Shown one piece after another: positions 16,931 through 25,028 of a stretch of DNA of 40,275 bases (positions within the stretch are counted from its first letter, which is position 1; every line of letters starts with the position of its first letter). The position numbers were made by a program, and so were the translations under genes. Location: the IMG/VR virus record IMGVR_UViG_3300021344_000003, positions 1 to 40,275 of that record, one strand, 5' to 3'. Under the pieces are notes generated by a model. That model saw only the letters and a program-made list of their open reading frames with translations. It was not told the origin of the DNA and did no database searches. This DNA is from a virus. Its lineage: Duplodnaviria; Caudoviricetes.

Positions 16931-18336
16931 ACGTATCCCGCCGGCGTCCCGGCCACCTCTAAAACGCCGCCCTGTTCCCGCCGGACCAAAGGATATTTAG
17001 GTTTTTTTTGTTCCGCTTCACCGGCCCTGATCTTGCGGTAGATCTCGTCTAAGCTCACCGGTTTGTCGTCGGGGCGATTCAAGAAAAGTTTGTACTGAAG
17101 CATTTCCGTCAAATAATGCGCCGCGCCGTCGATCAAATCGAAATGGTCGTGCTCGGTCGTTTCCATCGCGGAGATTCCTGGGCTCCGGGCCGTTTGTTTC
17201 CAGGAATAAGCCAGCATTTCTTTACGGAGCTTCCGGCATTCGGGATGAATCACGATGCGGTCTTCGGAAAGAAGCTGCGCGATGAACGTCCGTGAGGCGT
17301 CTTTGTTTCTGGAAGAAAGCCGCAAGGGGGTGATTCCGGCGTTTGAGAAATGCCACTGTACCGTCAGGCCTTTCATGTTCGGGTCCTGCCTGGCGGCGTC
17401 GTGGCCGATGATGTTCATGACGACATCTTCAGTCGGAGGAGTACGGTTTAAGATCATGCGGGCCTGCTGGGAAGCGGGAATGGAATTCTCGGAATTCTCG
17501 CGGTAGATGTGGAGCTTGTTCATGCGGATGAACGCCCACAGGACCGCCGTGTCGTCGCGGAGCCCCCAGTCAATGGCGCGGTAGCAGGCTTCGCCTTTGA
17601 CGGGCAGAGGGAATGGCCGCACGTGGCGCTCGGTGTCCTGGAACTCATGAAAGACCCGCCCCACGGACGATTCGTATTCGGCCAGGTATTCCTGCGAGAA
17701 GGTCCTGGGGTCGCAGGTCTTTTTGATTTTCTCGATTTCGGAGCGGTCGATGTAAGGATTGTCGTAGATCGTGTACTGGAAGAACGCCCATTCCGGGTCG
17801 CCGTCTGAGATGCGGTCTTTGCATTCATCTTCCAAATCTTTGAACCAGTTATATCCGTTAGGCGTCGAGATGAATAAAGCGGGAGCCCGGTGGGGAGCGA
17901 GGTTCGGGCGGATCACGTCCGCCCAAGCGTTTTCTTTATGAAACGCGGCTTCTTCCAGAGTCACGCTCGTGGGAGCCAGGCCCCGCAAGCTGTTCATCTC
18001 GTCGGAACCCACGAGCATGAGCTGTGACCCGTTTTTCAGCGTCATCGTCAATTCCGCATCGTTCGGACGACGGTAAAGAGCTTCGGCGGGAATCAGGCGT
18101 TTGAAACTTTCCCAGGAAATCATCTTGCTCATGCGATAGGTCGGAGCAATGTGGAGGTGAAGGCTCAATGGTTTTGATAAAAGTTCGAGCGCCCTCCATT
18201 CGGCCAGCCGGGTTTTCCCGAATTTTCTTCCCGCTCTTACGAAGGTAAATCGTTTCATCCCGTCGGCGATAGACCTCTGCGCCTGCGTCAGTTTGAGGGC
18301 GATCTTATAGATCTTTTCTTTGGCTTCGGCGATCAT
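16927..18336 (-). CDS. terL: Terminase large subunit
   Basis: Walker A AGRKFGKT, LRG, Walker B VTLEEAAF, ISTPNGYNWF, QEYLAEY, nuclease AIDWG and HFDLID. Confidence 0.95.
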   Translation of the reverse strand: MIAEAKEKIYKIALKLTQAQRSIADGMKRFTFVRAGRKFGKTRLAEWRALELLSKPLSLHLHIAPTYRMSKMISWESFKRLIPAEALYRRPNDAELTMTLKNGSQLMLVGSDEMNSLRGLAPTSVTLEEAAFHKENAWADVIRPNLAPHRAPALFISTPNGYNWFKDLEDECKDRISDGDPEWAFFQYTIYDNPYIDRSEIEKIKKTCDPRTFSQEYLAEYESSVGRVFHEFQDTERHVRPFPLPVKGEACYRAIDWGLRDDTAVLWAFIRMNKLHIYRENSENSIPASQQARMILNRTPPTEDVVMNIIGHDAARQDPNMKGLTVQWHFSNAGITPLRLSSRNKDASRTFIAQLLSEDRIVIHPECRKLRKEMLAYSWKQTARSPGISAMETTEHDHFDLIDGAAHYLTEMLQYKLFLNRPDDKPVSLDEIYRKIRAGEAEQKKPKYPLVRREQGGVLEVAGTPAGYV

Positions 18337-18513
18337 TTACCGGCGGTCCCCGCTCTTTTTCCCCAACGCGTGATAAAGCGCGTCCGATCCGCCGGACTTG
18401 CGCTTCACCGAATAGGCGATAGCCAGGGCCTGTTTTTTCGGTTTTCCCGACGACAACTCTTTCTTAAAATTCGATACGAAGGCTTCTTTCGACGATGATT
18501 TCAATAAGGGCAT
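18337..18513 (-). CDS. 58-aa basic protein (below ORF-track cutoff)
   Basis: MPLLKSSSKEAFVSNFKKELSSGKPKKQALAIAYSVKRK...; the GKPxKQAxAIAxS pattern is common beside phage terminases; fills the gap exactly. Confidence 0.75.
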   Translation of the reverse strand: MPLLKSSSKEAFVSNFKKELSSGKPKKQALAIAYSVKRKSGGSDALYHALGKKSGDRR

Positions 18514-18514
18514 C

Positions 18515-19252
18515 TCAGGCGGCCTCCTCGGGTCCGGTCATCGGCTTAGCTTCTTCGGCTTCCCCGTCTAAGACAAACGAGAACTTCTCTTCCGAGAAGC
18601 TGTGGTGGATACGCTCGGCTTTCGGTTCGACGCGGGCGCCCACTTCGACCGCGCAGGCGACCTGCTCGCGGCTGGGCTTAAAAATCTCTTCTTTGCGCTC
18701 TAGGGCGACGGCTCCGCCGCACTGGCGGCAGGCCATTTCGAGATCGCCGGCGTCGGTGCGGTAGGATTCCGCGACGGCGGCGTGCAGGTCGTATTTCTTT
18801 TGGCAGGCGGCGCATTGGCCAAGGTATCGTTCTTTTTTGCCCTGCATTCCGTCCAGCATGAATCCCCACCACTCCGATTTGATGTCGCCGTTCTGGACGC
18901 TTTGAAGGGCCATGATCTTTTCGACGTAGCGGGCCCACCTCTCCGTTTTGAAGAATTTCTGGGAGTGGCCCTTTTCCCATCCGGCGGCTTTCTCGGCGGC
19001 GGCGATGTCGGAGGGGTTTTGGGTGAGTTTATGCATGAAGCGGAGCTGGTCTTCCCGGAAGGAAACGTACTGGCCCGCGACGCGCACTGACGGCATGAGA
19101 TATTTGCCGTTCACGAACCATCCTTTGATCCCGGATTCCCGGTCCAAGGACTTACGGATCTCAATTAAATCGCGGCTTACGGCCTGGCTCATGATGGCTA
19201 CGGTAAACCACTTCCGGGGGTTTGTCAACAGCGCGGGCCCGTCCGTCTTCAA
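18515..19252 (-). CDS. Probable terminase small subunit with inserted zinc ribbon; start uncertain
   Basis: First late gene; QLRFMHKLTQNPSDIAAAEKAAGW resembles the TerS HTH; CAAC...CRQC. Confidence 0.5.
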   Translation of the reverse strand: MKTDGPALLTNPRKWFTVAIMSQAVSRDLIEIRKSLDRESGIKGWFVNGKYLMPSVRVAGQYVSFREDQLRFMHKLTQNPSDIAAAEKAAGWEKGHSQKFFKTERWARYVEKIMALQSVQNGDIKSEWWGFMLDGMQGKKERYLGQCAACQKKYDLHAAVAESYRTDAGDLEMACRQCGGAVALERKEEIFKPSREQVACAVEVGARVEPKAERIHHSFSEEKFSFVLDGEAEEAKPMTGPEEAA

Positions 19253-19253
19253 A

Positions 19254-19282
19254 TTGACAGGTTCGGAAAAGTTTTCTAATGT
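19254..19282 (+). promoter_or_regulatory. Candidate sigma70 promoter for the replication operon
   Basis: TTGACA (19254-19259), 17-nt spacer, TAATGT (19277-19282). Confidence 0.5.
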
Positions 19283-19321
19283 ATCAGCAATGGCTCGGCA
19301 AAATCAAAGGACTCATCAGAA

Positions 19322-19335
19322 GAGGCGCTTGCCTC
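19322..19335. promoter_or_regulatory. GAGGC-N4-GCCTC motif, copy 2 (1 mismatch)
   Basis: GAGGCGCTTGCCTC in the divergent intergenic region. Confidence 0.5.
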
Positions 19336-19347
19336 ATCAAATCATTT

Positions 19348-19414
19348 TCTCCGTCTCGGCGCGGTTCTAACCTTGCCGGGCTATCGCCGCGTCCGAGCGG
19401 AGATTTATTTTTTT
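19348..19414 (+). terminator. Terminator/attenuator-like hairpin upstream of the replication genes
   Basis: TCTCCGTCTCGGCGCGG pairs (with bulges) with CCGCGTCCGAGCGGAGA, followed by TTTATTTTTTT and then the AAGGAGG RBS. Confidence 0.5.
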
Positions 19415-19425
19415 AAGGAGGATTT

Positions 19426-19632
19426 ATGTCTCTAAACCTAGAGCCTACAAAAGCGTTTGATCCAGCCAAAGATGAAAAGTGCTTTTATTGTCTTGTCGTT
19501 GTTCAATACCCGAATATCGTCTGGCATGGCGCTTCTTTTATTTTCATGCACCCCCAATGCGCTCAAAATCTAGCGATCCGGCTTTTGCGCGATTGTTGGG
19601 AAGCCCAAACAAAAGAGGCGATTGCCTCATAA
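19426..19632 (+). CDS. Small Cys/His (zinc-binding-like) protein
   Basis: Strong AAGGAGG RBS; CFYC...HPQC. Confidence 0.75.
   Translation: MSLNLEPTKAFDPAKDEKCFYCLVVVQYPNIVWHGASFIFMHPQCAQNLAIRLLRDCWEAQTKEAIAS
19615..19628. promoter_or_regulatory. GAGGCGATTGCCTC motif, copy 3
   Basis: 20-bp identity (AGAGGCGATTGCCTCATAAA) with 37170..37189. Confidence 0.55.
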
Positions 19633-19657
19633 AAATGTAATTGATTGATGCTGCCAC

Positions 19658-20653
19658 GTGAATCTCCAATACTACATTGACCTTGGCTGGTCTGTTTTCC
19701 CCGTTAAAGGGCCTGCTTACGGCAAAAATTACGACGACACGAAACGCCCGCTTCTGGAGACATGGAAACCTTACCAATCCAGAAAACCCACTTCATCCGA
19801 AATCACCCAATGGCAAAAAGAATATCCCAAAATGTCCATCGGCGCGGTGGCGGGTCCTATCTCAGGGTTTTTTGTCGTCGATATCGACGGCCAGGAATGG
19901 ATCAAACATTTTCCTAACGCGGATTTTGGCATCACTTGGAAATCGCTTTCAACACATGGCTGCCATTACTTTTACCAATGGGAAGATTGGATGCTCTCAA
20001 TCCCGACAACCAATGCCGGAGTTGGAGGGGTCGAAGGCTTTGATATTCGAGGACAAGGCGGATACGCCATTGTTCCAAACGAAAATGATCGGGCTAGGAC
20101 ATGGGAGCTCTTACCGCCAGAAACGAAGCTCGCCTTATTACCTGAATGGATCAAAGCCTTTCTCTTAAAAACGGCAACGCTCTACCAGGGCGATAAAAAC
20201 TGGCGGTTGAAAGCGATGCAAGAGCTAGGTAAAGGAAACCGTCATGATACTTTTGTGCGGTTGGCAGGCTCTTTAATCAACGCCAAATGGAAAAGCGCCG
20301 AAATCTTGGCTGTTTTGCAAGCCATGGCCAACGAGTGCGGTTTCGGCGAAGATATCGGCGCGTTGGTTGAGGATGTTGTTCGGCGGTATTCGCCGGAAGG
20401 ACGCTTATCGCTTCTTCAGCAAAAAACCCGTACGGCTGTTTCGCGGATGCCTGTATTTTCAAGCTCCGAAATGAACCGCCTGAAAAAGACCTACCCTGAT
20501 CTGGTTCACCAAACATTTTTATCGGCCGACCAATTTGACAAAGAGGCTGCCTTATGGATTTCGTCGAATCTTCTATGGCTCGGTTCATCAGCAAACAAAA
20601 CCTTAGAGTTGTGGGCTGAAAACGTCGCTCATTTAAAAAACTGCGCAGTTTAA
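19658..20653 (+). CDS. Bifunctional DNA primase/polymerase (Prim-Pol) with PriCT-like domain
   Basis: GWSVFPV, KRP, FVVDID, GCHYFY, FDIRGQGGY motifs; KGNRHDTFVRLAGSL (PriCT-1-like). Confidence 0.9.
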   Translation: MNLQYYIDLGWSVFPVKGPAYGKNYDDTKRPLLETWKPYQSRKPTSSEITQWQKEYPKMSIGAVAGPISGFFVVDIDGQEWIKHFPNADFGITWKSLSTHGCHYFYQWEDWMLSIPTTNAGVGGVEGFDIRGQGGYAIVPNENDRARTWELLPPETKLALLPEWIKAFLLKTATLYQGDKNWRLKAMQELGKGNRHDTFVRLAGSLINAKWKSAEILAVLQAMANECGFGEDIGALVEDVVRRYSPEGRLSLLQQKTRTAVSRMPVFSSSEMNRLKKTYPDLVHQTFLSADQFDKEAALWISSNLLWLGSSANKTLELWAENVAHLKNCAV

Positions 20654-20657
20654 GCGA

Positions 20658-21809
20658 ATGAAATTTGCTGATGATTTTCTTGTTTATGCCAAGGAATTTA
20701 CAGGGTGTTCAGATAGTTTTTTAACATGGTCGGCGTTATATGCCCTCTCAAGCGTCGCTTCCGACGAACATGTTTTCAGAACGGGGTCATGGGACATACG
20801 GCCTTCTCTTTGGATTCTTTTGACGGCCACATCGTCATCCTATAAATCTGCCGGGCTTAAAGAAGCGAGGGATTTAATTTACCGAGTCGATCCTTCCATC
20901 CTCGCCTCGCAAGTGTACAGCACGCAATCTCTCCTGGAAGATATCGCCGCTAACGAGCAACGCAGCTTTTTTTATAACGAAGCCGAAACCTATTTTAAAT
21001 TGATTTCACAATCCTGGAATGAAGGCATGAGGTCTTTGATGATGGATTTGTTTGACCGGGCTCCTATCCAAAAGAATATCAAAGGCAAAAAAGGCGAACA
21101 AAACATTTTTACCATCACGCATCCATATATTTGCTGGGCCGCCGCTTCAACTCCAGCTCAAATCGCTCAGTATTTTAGCGGCGGAACGACAGACCTGTTA
21201 TCAGGGTTTTTCCCCCGTATTCTTTTAATCCCAGAATCAGGCAAAAACCGCTCTTACGCGCTTTCGCCACCAAAAGATTTGACGAAGTTTGTTGCTCTTG
21301 CAGAACGCTTGGCCGAACTTCGCGCTACGAAATCATGTGAATACTCAATTTCAGGTTCAGCGCGTCTTTTGCATGAAAATTGGTATAGCCGCATCACTAA
21401 ACGCCAGCAAGAAGCCGATCCTATCTTGTCGGCTTTTTACCTTAAAATGCGCGATGTTTATTTTCTTAAAATCGCGCTTCTGTCGGCTTTTGAACGTGGT
21501 TCTAGCATGATTGATGATCGTGATCTTGAGTTTGCGACGCCGCTATTGTGGGACATTGAGAACAATTGGAAAGGCTTAGTCGAACTTTTTACCGAGGATG
21601 AATGGGGTAGGAAAGAGAACCGTGTGGCGGATTTCATTAGAAAAAAACAAGTCGTGGATCGCTCTGATCTTATTAACTCAATACGCGGTATACGCGCTCA
21701 GAAATTAACGGCTATCCTAGCAGGGTTGTTCCAAGACCGGAAAATCAAAACCTATGACCAGGAAACCAAGGGCAGGCCACGCGCTATGATTGAGTGGATT
21801 GACGATTAA
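20658..21809 (+). CDS. DUF3987/YfjI-like ATPase/helicase with C-terminal winged helix
   Basis: LWILLTATSSSYKS (degenerate Walker A), FFYNEA, LMDLFD, PYICWAAASTP, SGFFPRIL; C-terminal KGRP wing; follows the primase. Confidence 0.7.
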   Translation: MKFADDFLVYAKEFTGCSDSFLTWSALYALSSVASDEHVFRTGSWDIRPSLWILLTATSSSYKSAGLKEARDLIYRVDPSILASQVYSTQSLLEDIAANEQRSFFYNEAETYFKLISQSWNEGMRSLMMDLFDRAPIQKNIKGKKGEQNIFTITHPYICWAAASTPAQIAQYFSGGTTDLLSGFFPRILLIPESGKNRSYALSPPKDLTKFVALAERLAELRATKSCEYSISGSARLLHENWYSRITKRQQEADPILSAFYLKMRDVYFLKIALLSAFERGSSMIDDRDLEFATPLLWDIENNWKGLVELFTEDEWGRKENRVADFIRKKQVVDRSDLINSIRGIRAQKLTAILAGLFQDRKIKTYDQETKGRPRAMIEWIDD

Positions 21810-22400
21810 AAAAAACACCCCTTTTTATCCAAAAACTTATTCACCTTATTCGTAATTTTCAGCAATTACCCCCCCCACCCTTATTCGTAAGATACTACGA
21901 AAAAGATTACGAAAAAGTTTTGAGACGGTAACAGACCCCTTATTATACATACACACACACACACCTCTATATATATATTTTTCATATTTAAACGATTGTA
22001 GTGCGTTATTGGAGATGGGGAGGGAGGGAGGGGCCCCCCCTATACGAGTTACTAATAAGGGGGGGGTGCATGTTAAGAAAATTAACAACTTTCTTTACAT
22101 CTTAGTGGGATTTTTAGGACGCGGCTTTAGCCGCGGCTAAAGCCGCATCCTCATATCTTTTGGGGGAAATGTCAGAAAATTTTGAAGGGGGGATTAGAAC
22201 TAGAAACAGGGGGGGGGAGGAAAGGTCCCCCCCTATGGGTGGGGGTATCTAGCAGCCGGTTCATAGCTAAGCCTCGTTCCACCCATTGCTTAGCCGTCAT
22301 GCCATCCAGATAGTCATGTCTCCAAAGGTCAATACTTTCAATGCTTTTAGAACTATTTTTATTTATTTCCATTTTTCGGGAACTTTTCTTTAAAAAACTT
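21810..22400. other. Candidate replication origin region
   Basis: Directly after primase/helicase; AT-rich tracts, CCTTATTCGTAA x2 facing TACGAAAAAG x2, (CA)n and (TA)n runs, G/C runs, and a 26-bp perfect palindrome at 22121..22146. Confidence 0.5.
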
Positions 22401-22546
22401 GTTGTCGTCTACTATTTAGCTGTTCGCGCTCTTGGTAACATCATCTAGATAGCTAGCTAGTGATGCTCATTTGGTAGCATCACCAAAATGCTTCATTATC
22501 AACTAGTTTAGTAATCAGTTGCTGATAATGGTTATTATATTGCAAA

Positions 22547-22879
22547 TTAAATCACTACGTTGATTTGTTTAACATCGGTAACATCGGTATAGGTCTTTTT
22601 ACCTATATTGCTTCCATCTGAAATATCCTTGAAAGTTACGGTATTTCCGTTGGCATCATAATAAATCCGTTTACAGATCGGAGCCTTAGACCATAATTTA
22701 TTGAACGCGTACTCACACTTCATTTGCACCCCACACGCGCAGCGTTCTTTCCACGTTTGTTTTCTTTTAGATTCAGTGAATGAATAAGGGACCATACGGA
22801 AGTAATGTCGATGGGATCTAAGTTTATAAAAATCCCTACCATTTGTTTCCGAGAATTGATTAGGGTATGGCCACACCAT
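22547..22879 (-). CDS. Hypothetical protein
   Basis: 110 aa ORF in an AT-rich region, no recognisable motif. Confidence 0.4.
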   Translation of the reverse strand: MVWPYPNQFSETNGRDFYKLRSHRHYFRMVPYSFTESKRKQTWKERCACGVQMKCEYAFNKLWSKAPICKRIYYDANGNTVTFKDISDGSNIGKKTYTDVTDVKQINVVI

Positions 22880-22967
22880 TCCGCCTTATAAACCTTTTTC
22901 TCCGTCTTAGTCAATATCGTTCATCGTAGGATTCGATTCTAGGCTATGATTATTTTCTTTTGATGGT

Positions 22968-22996
22968 TTCATACGTGGCTATCCATTTGCTATACT
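22968..22996 (+). promoter_or_regulatory. Promoter with embedded 18-bp repeat (TGGCTATCCATTTGCTAT)
   Basis: TTCATA-17-TATACT with extended -10 TGn; repeat also at 23198..23215. Confidence 0.6.
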
Positions 22997-23005
22997 CACC
23001 CCATC

Positions 23006-23173
23006 ATGCGCCGCCGCCGGCACGCTATTTTCCTTCGTCTTTCGGACGCTGAGCATCAGAAGTTGCTTGATCTTTTGGAGGCGACGGGACTCACCGTGAG
23101 CGAGTATTTCCGCTTTCATCTGTTGGGCTTCACTCACTCGAAACAAAAACCCATCGTTAAATCAACGAAATAA
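23006..23173 (+). CDS. Ribbon-helix-helix transcriptional regulator (CopG/Arc/MobC-like), 55 aa
   Basis: Below ORF-track cutoff; MRRRRHAIFLRLSDAEHQKLLDLLEATGLTVSEYFRFHLL... has the alternating beta strand, helix, GxxxSEYxR pattern. Confidence 0.8.
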   Translation: MRRRRHAIFLRLSDAEHQKLLDLLEATGLTVSEYFRFHLLGFTHSKQKPIVKSTK

Positions 23174-23187
23174 GCATCCGATAGTTG

Positions 23188-23218
23188 TTGACCTATATGG
23201 CTATCCATTTGCTATCCT
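23188..23218 (+). promoter_or_regulatory. Early promoter with second copy of the 18-bp repeat
   Basis: TTGACC ... TGcTATCCT (extended -10, 19-nt spacer). Confidence 0.55.
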
Positions 23219-23231
23219 TATCTTAGGAAGG

Positions 23232-23444
23232 ATGGTGATTGGAATGAAAACTGAATCCCTGCAAAAGGCTCACGACAAGGAACGCAAGGCATTGGAAAAA
23301 ATGCTTTGCACGATGTGTCAAACAAGCCGACGCCTACATGGAAGTCGATGGTGTTGGTACTGCACCAATGAGGCTAAAAAGGAATTTGAAGGATTCATCT
23401 TTGGCAAATTTGCCATAACACGGAGGCCAAATCATGAAACCTGA
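23232..23444 (+). CDS. Small zinc-finger-like protein
   Basis: CTMC...CWYC; first gene after the promoter. Confidence 0.65.
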   Translation: MVIGMKTESLQKAHDKERKALEKMLCTMCQTSRRLHGSRWCWYCTNEAKKEFEGFIFGKFAITRRPNHET

Positions 23445-23679
23445 ACCGCATATGCCGGTACTGCCGTTGAAATTCACGAACGGGAATGTCATTGATTCCG
23501 CCGGTGAGCCGTTTATCGGAACCGATGAAAACTGGAAAAGGGTGGTCCGCGCCGTCAATATGCATGAGTCGTTGTTAGGAGCCCTCTATCAATGCCAGGA
23601 CTACTTTGAAAAGCAATTCGTTTCCGCAATGCTGAAAATAGTCAATCAAGCCATCGCCGAAGCGGAGATAAAACCATGA
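23434..23679 (+). CDS. Hypothetical phage protein
   Basis: GGAGG RBS; VVRAVNMHESLLGAL...AIAEAE pattern common in phage early proteins. Confidence 0.75.
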   Translation: MKPEPHMPVLPLKFTNGNVIDSAGEPFIGTDENWKRVVRAVNMHESLLGALYQCQDYFEKQFVSAMLKIVNQAIAEAEIKP

Positions 23680-23960
23680 GCGACATAACAGCGGAAAATG
23701 AGAGAATCGAAAACGAAAATAAAGATCAACTAAAAACCTTGATTGCGCGGCAAATAGCAAAATCATTCCGGCTTGAGTATCAGGCCCAGGCAGCCGAAGA
23801 GCAAGGCTTGGGACTGCTGATAGCGCATTACTTTGAATGGGACGGCCTGGCGATCCTCAAGACTTTCTTTTATGCGCTTGAAGACGCGAATTTCCACAAG
23901 GAAAGTAAAACCATTCAAGGCATGATCAACGATCTGGAAAAAGAGGAGGTAAAACCATGA
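23676..23960 (+). CDS. Hypothetical protein
   Basis: GGAG RBS, ATGA coupling on both sides. Confidence 0.75.
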   Translation: MSDITAENERIENENKDQLKTLIARQIAKSFRLEYQAQAAEEQGLGLLIAHYFEWDGLAILKTFFYALEDANFHKESKTIQGMINDLEKEEVKP

Positions 23961-24346
23961 AAACGCCAACTAAGAAATTGTCTCATTCAGAAGAGCAGGC
24001 CCAGTCTCAGATGGAATCAATCCGCGAAATGGTGGCGGCCTTGGGCGCGGGCGATGACGAGAAACGCGAGCGAGCGGAACAGGCGATCCATGAAGACCCC
24101 TTATCCGTTGAAGTGCGCTCAGGCTGGCATAAACCAGGCGCGGCCCTGACCCTTGCAAAAGAATATATCCTCCTTCTATGTACGGGGGGCCCGGCTTGCC
24201 GGCTGATCGGAGAGCTGGAAGACGGTGAGCCCATCTCGGCCCGCTTAGAGCATCAGAATTGGAGGACCCCCTGGACGCCATGCCTCTTGTCGCGCCGGGA
24301 CGAAGATGTCTTATTGCGCTACGCGCGGTGTTTTTATTTCGGTTGA
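23957..24346 (+). CDS. Hypothetical phage protein
   Basis: GAGGAGG RBS; PLSVEVRSGW...EYILLLCTGGPACRLIG. Confidence 0.75.
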   Translation: MKTPTKKLSHSEEQAQSQMESIREMVAALGAGDDEKRERAEQAIHEDPLSVEVRSGWHKPGAALTLAKEYILLLCTGGPACRLIGELEDGEPISARLEHQNWRTPWTPCLLSRRDEDVLLRYARCFYFG

Positions 24347-24356
24347 AAGGAGCTTG

Positions 24357-24410
24357 AAAATGGCAAATTTGCCAAAATGGCAAATTTGCCAAAATGGCAA
24401 ATTTGCCAAA
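24357..24410. repeat. Tandem repeat 3 x 17 bp ATGGCAAATTTGCCAAA
   Basis: Perfect units at 24360, 24377, 24394; each holds the palindrome TGGCAAATTTGCCA; solo inverted copy at 23400..23416. Confidence 0.95.
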
Positions 24411-24575
24411 TATGAAACTGCTTACGAAAGAAAACCTAATGGACTCATCAAGACCTGCCGCCCCTGTACTCGCAGGAAGAGTTGGTTCATCCCTAAGGGA
24501 TGGTTCATCCCTAAGGGATGGTTCATCCCTAAGGGATGGTTCATCTTGGTTCATCAAGGGAAACGAAGCCCTTGA
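24360..24575 (+). CDS. Hypothetical 71-aa protein spanning two tandem arrays
   Basis: AAAGGAG RBS 7 nt upstream; MANLPKWQICQNGKFAK...CRPC...(WFIPKG)3. Confidence 0.45.
   Translation: MANLPKWQICQNGKFAKYETAYERKPNGLIKTCRPCTRRKSWFIPKGWFIPKGWFIPKGWFILVHQGKRSP
24483..24555. repeat. Tandem repeat 3 x 18 bp TGGTTCATCCCTAAGGGA plus two half units
   Basis: Units at 24483, 24501, 24519; TGGTTCATC at 24537 and 24547; internal palindrome CATCCCT-A-AGGGATG. Confidence 0.95.
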
Positions 24576-24601
24576 CGCGGAATCAATACATGATGTAGTA
24601 T
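24572..24601 (+). promoter_or_regulatory. Candidate sigma70 promoter
   Basis: TTGACG-18-TAGTAT; ATG begins 7 nt after the -10 (leaderless geometry). Confidence 0.55.
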
Positions 24602-24607
24602 GGCGGC

Positions 24608-24763
24608 ATGGCCATCCTAAGGGATGCTTCATCCGTCGCGCTCAAAGAATTGCTTTGCCGCCGGTGTGGATACCGCTGGTATCCGCGCCAGCCTAGGCGC
24701 CCCATGAAATGCCCCCGCTGCCAGCGGCGCGACTGGGATATGAAGAAAATGGGAGCTCAATGA
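24608..24763 (+). CDS. 51-aa zinc-ribbon protein (below ORF-track cutoff)
   Basis: MAILRDASSVALKELLCRRCGYRWYPRQPRRPMKCPRCQRRDWDMKKMGAQ; CxxCGxxWxP...PxxCPxC..W pattern. Confidence 0.8.
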   Translation: MAILRDASSVALKELLCRRCGYRWYPRQPRRPMKCPRCQRRDWDMKKMGAQ

Positions 24764-24891
24764 ATCACGATTGGCCGGATGACTACGCTCCTGAGCCTAT
24801 AACCGAAAAACAAGGAGCGTGGATTATCGTGTTCCTTGGGTGGATTATCATACTCCTATCCATGATTTTTGGATTGCTGGTGACGCGATGA
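24760..24891 (+). CDS. Small single-pass membrane protein
   Basis: MNHDWPDDY...WIIVFLGWIIILLSMIFGLLV; ATGA-coupled. Confidence 0.6.
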   Translation: MNHDWPDDYAPEPITEKQGAWIIVFLGWIIILLSMIFGLLVTR

Positions 24892-25028
24892 TCCTGAACT
24901 ATCGCGCCATCTTGCTTGAGGGACTTTGGAATCGCCTAGCGAGGTCCGCCCGGGCGTCCGAACCGCAGCGGCGATTTATCATTGAACAGTTGACCCGGTG
25001 GTTGTCCTGGGAGGAAGCGCCATCATGA
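24888..25028 (+). CDS. Small hypothetical protein
   Basis: MILNYRAILLEG...; ATGA-coupled on both sides. Confidence 0.5.
   Translation: MILNYRAILLEGLWNRLARSARASEPQRRFIIEQLTRWLSWEEAPS

Noticed and set aside
22116-22151. Palindrome as a protelomerase (telRL) site
   Set aside because: No protelomerase-like gene seen and the genome ends are direct, not inverted, repeats.
21846-22372. Minus-strand ORFs 21846..22088 and 22172..22372
   Set aside because: They run through homopolymer and dinucleotide tracts with no recognisable motif; the 66-aa one cannot be fully excluded.
23970-24632. 220-aa minus-strand ORF with (DEPSLR)n
   Set aside because: Antisense to RBS-supported, coupled plus-strand genes; its repeats simply reflect the DNA array.
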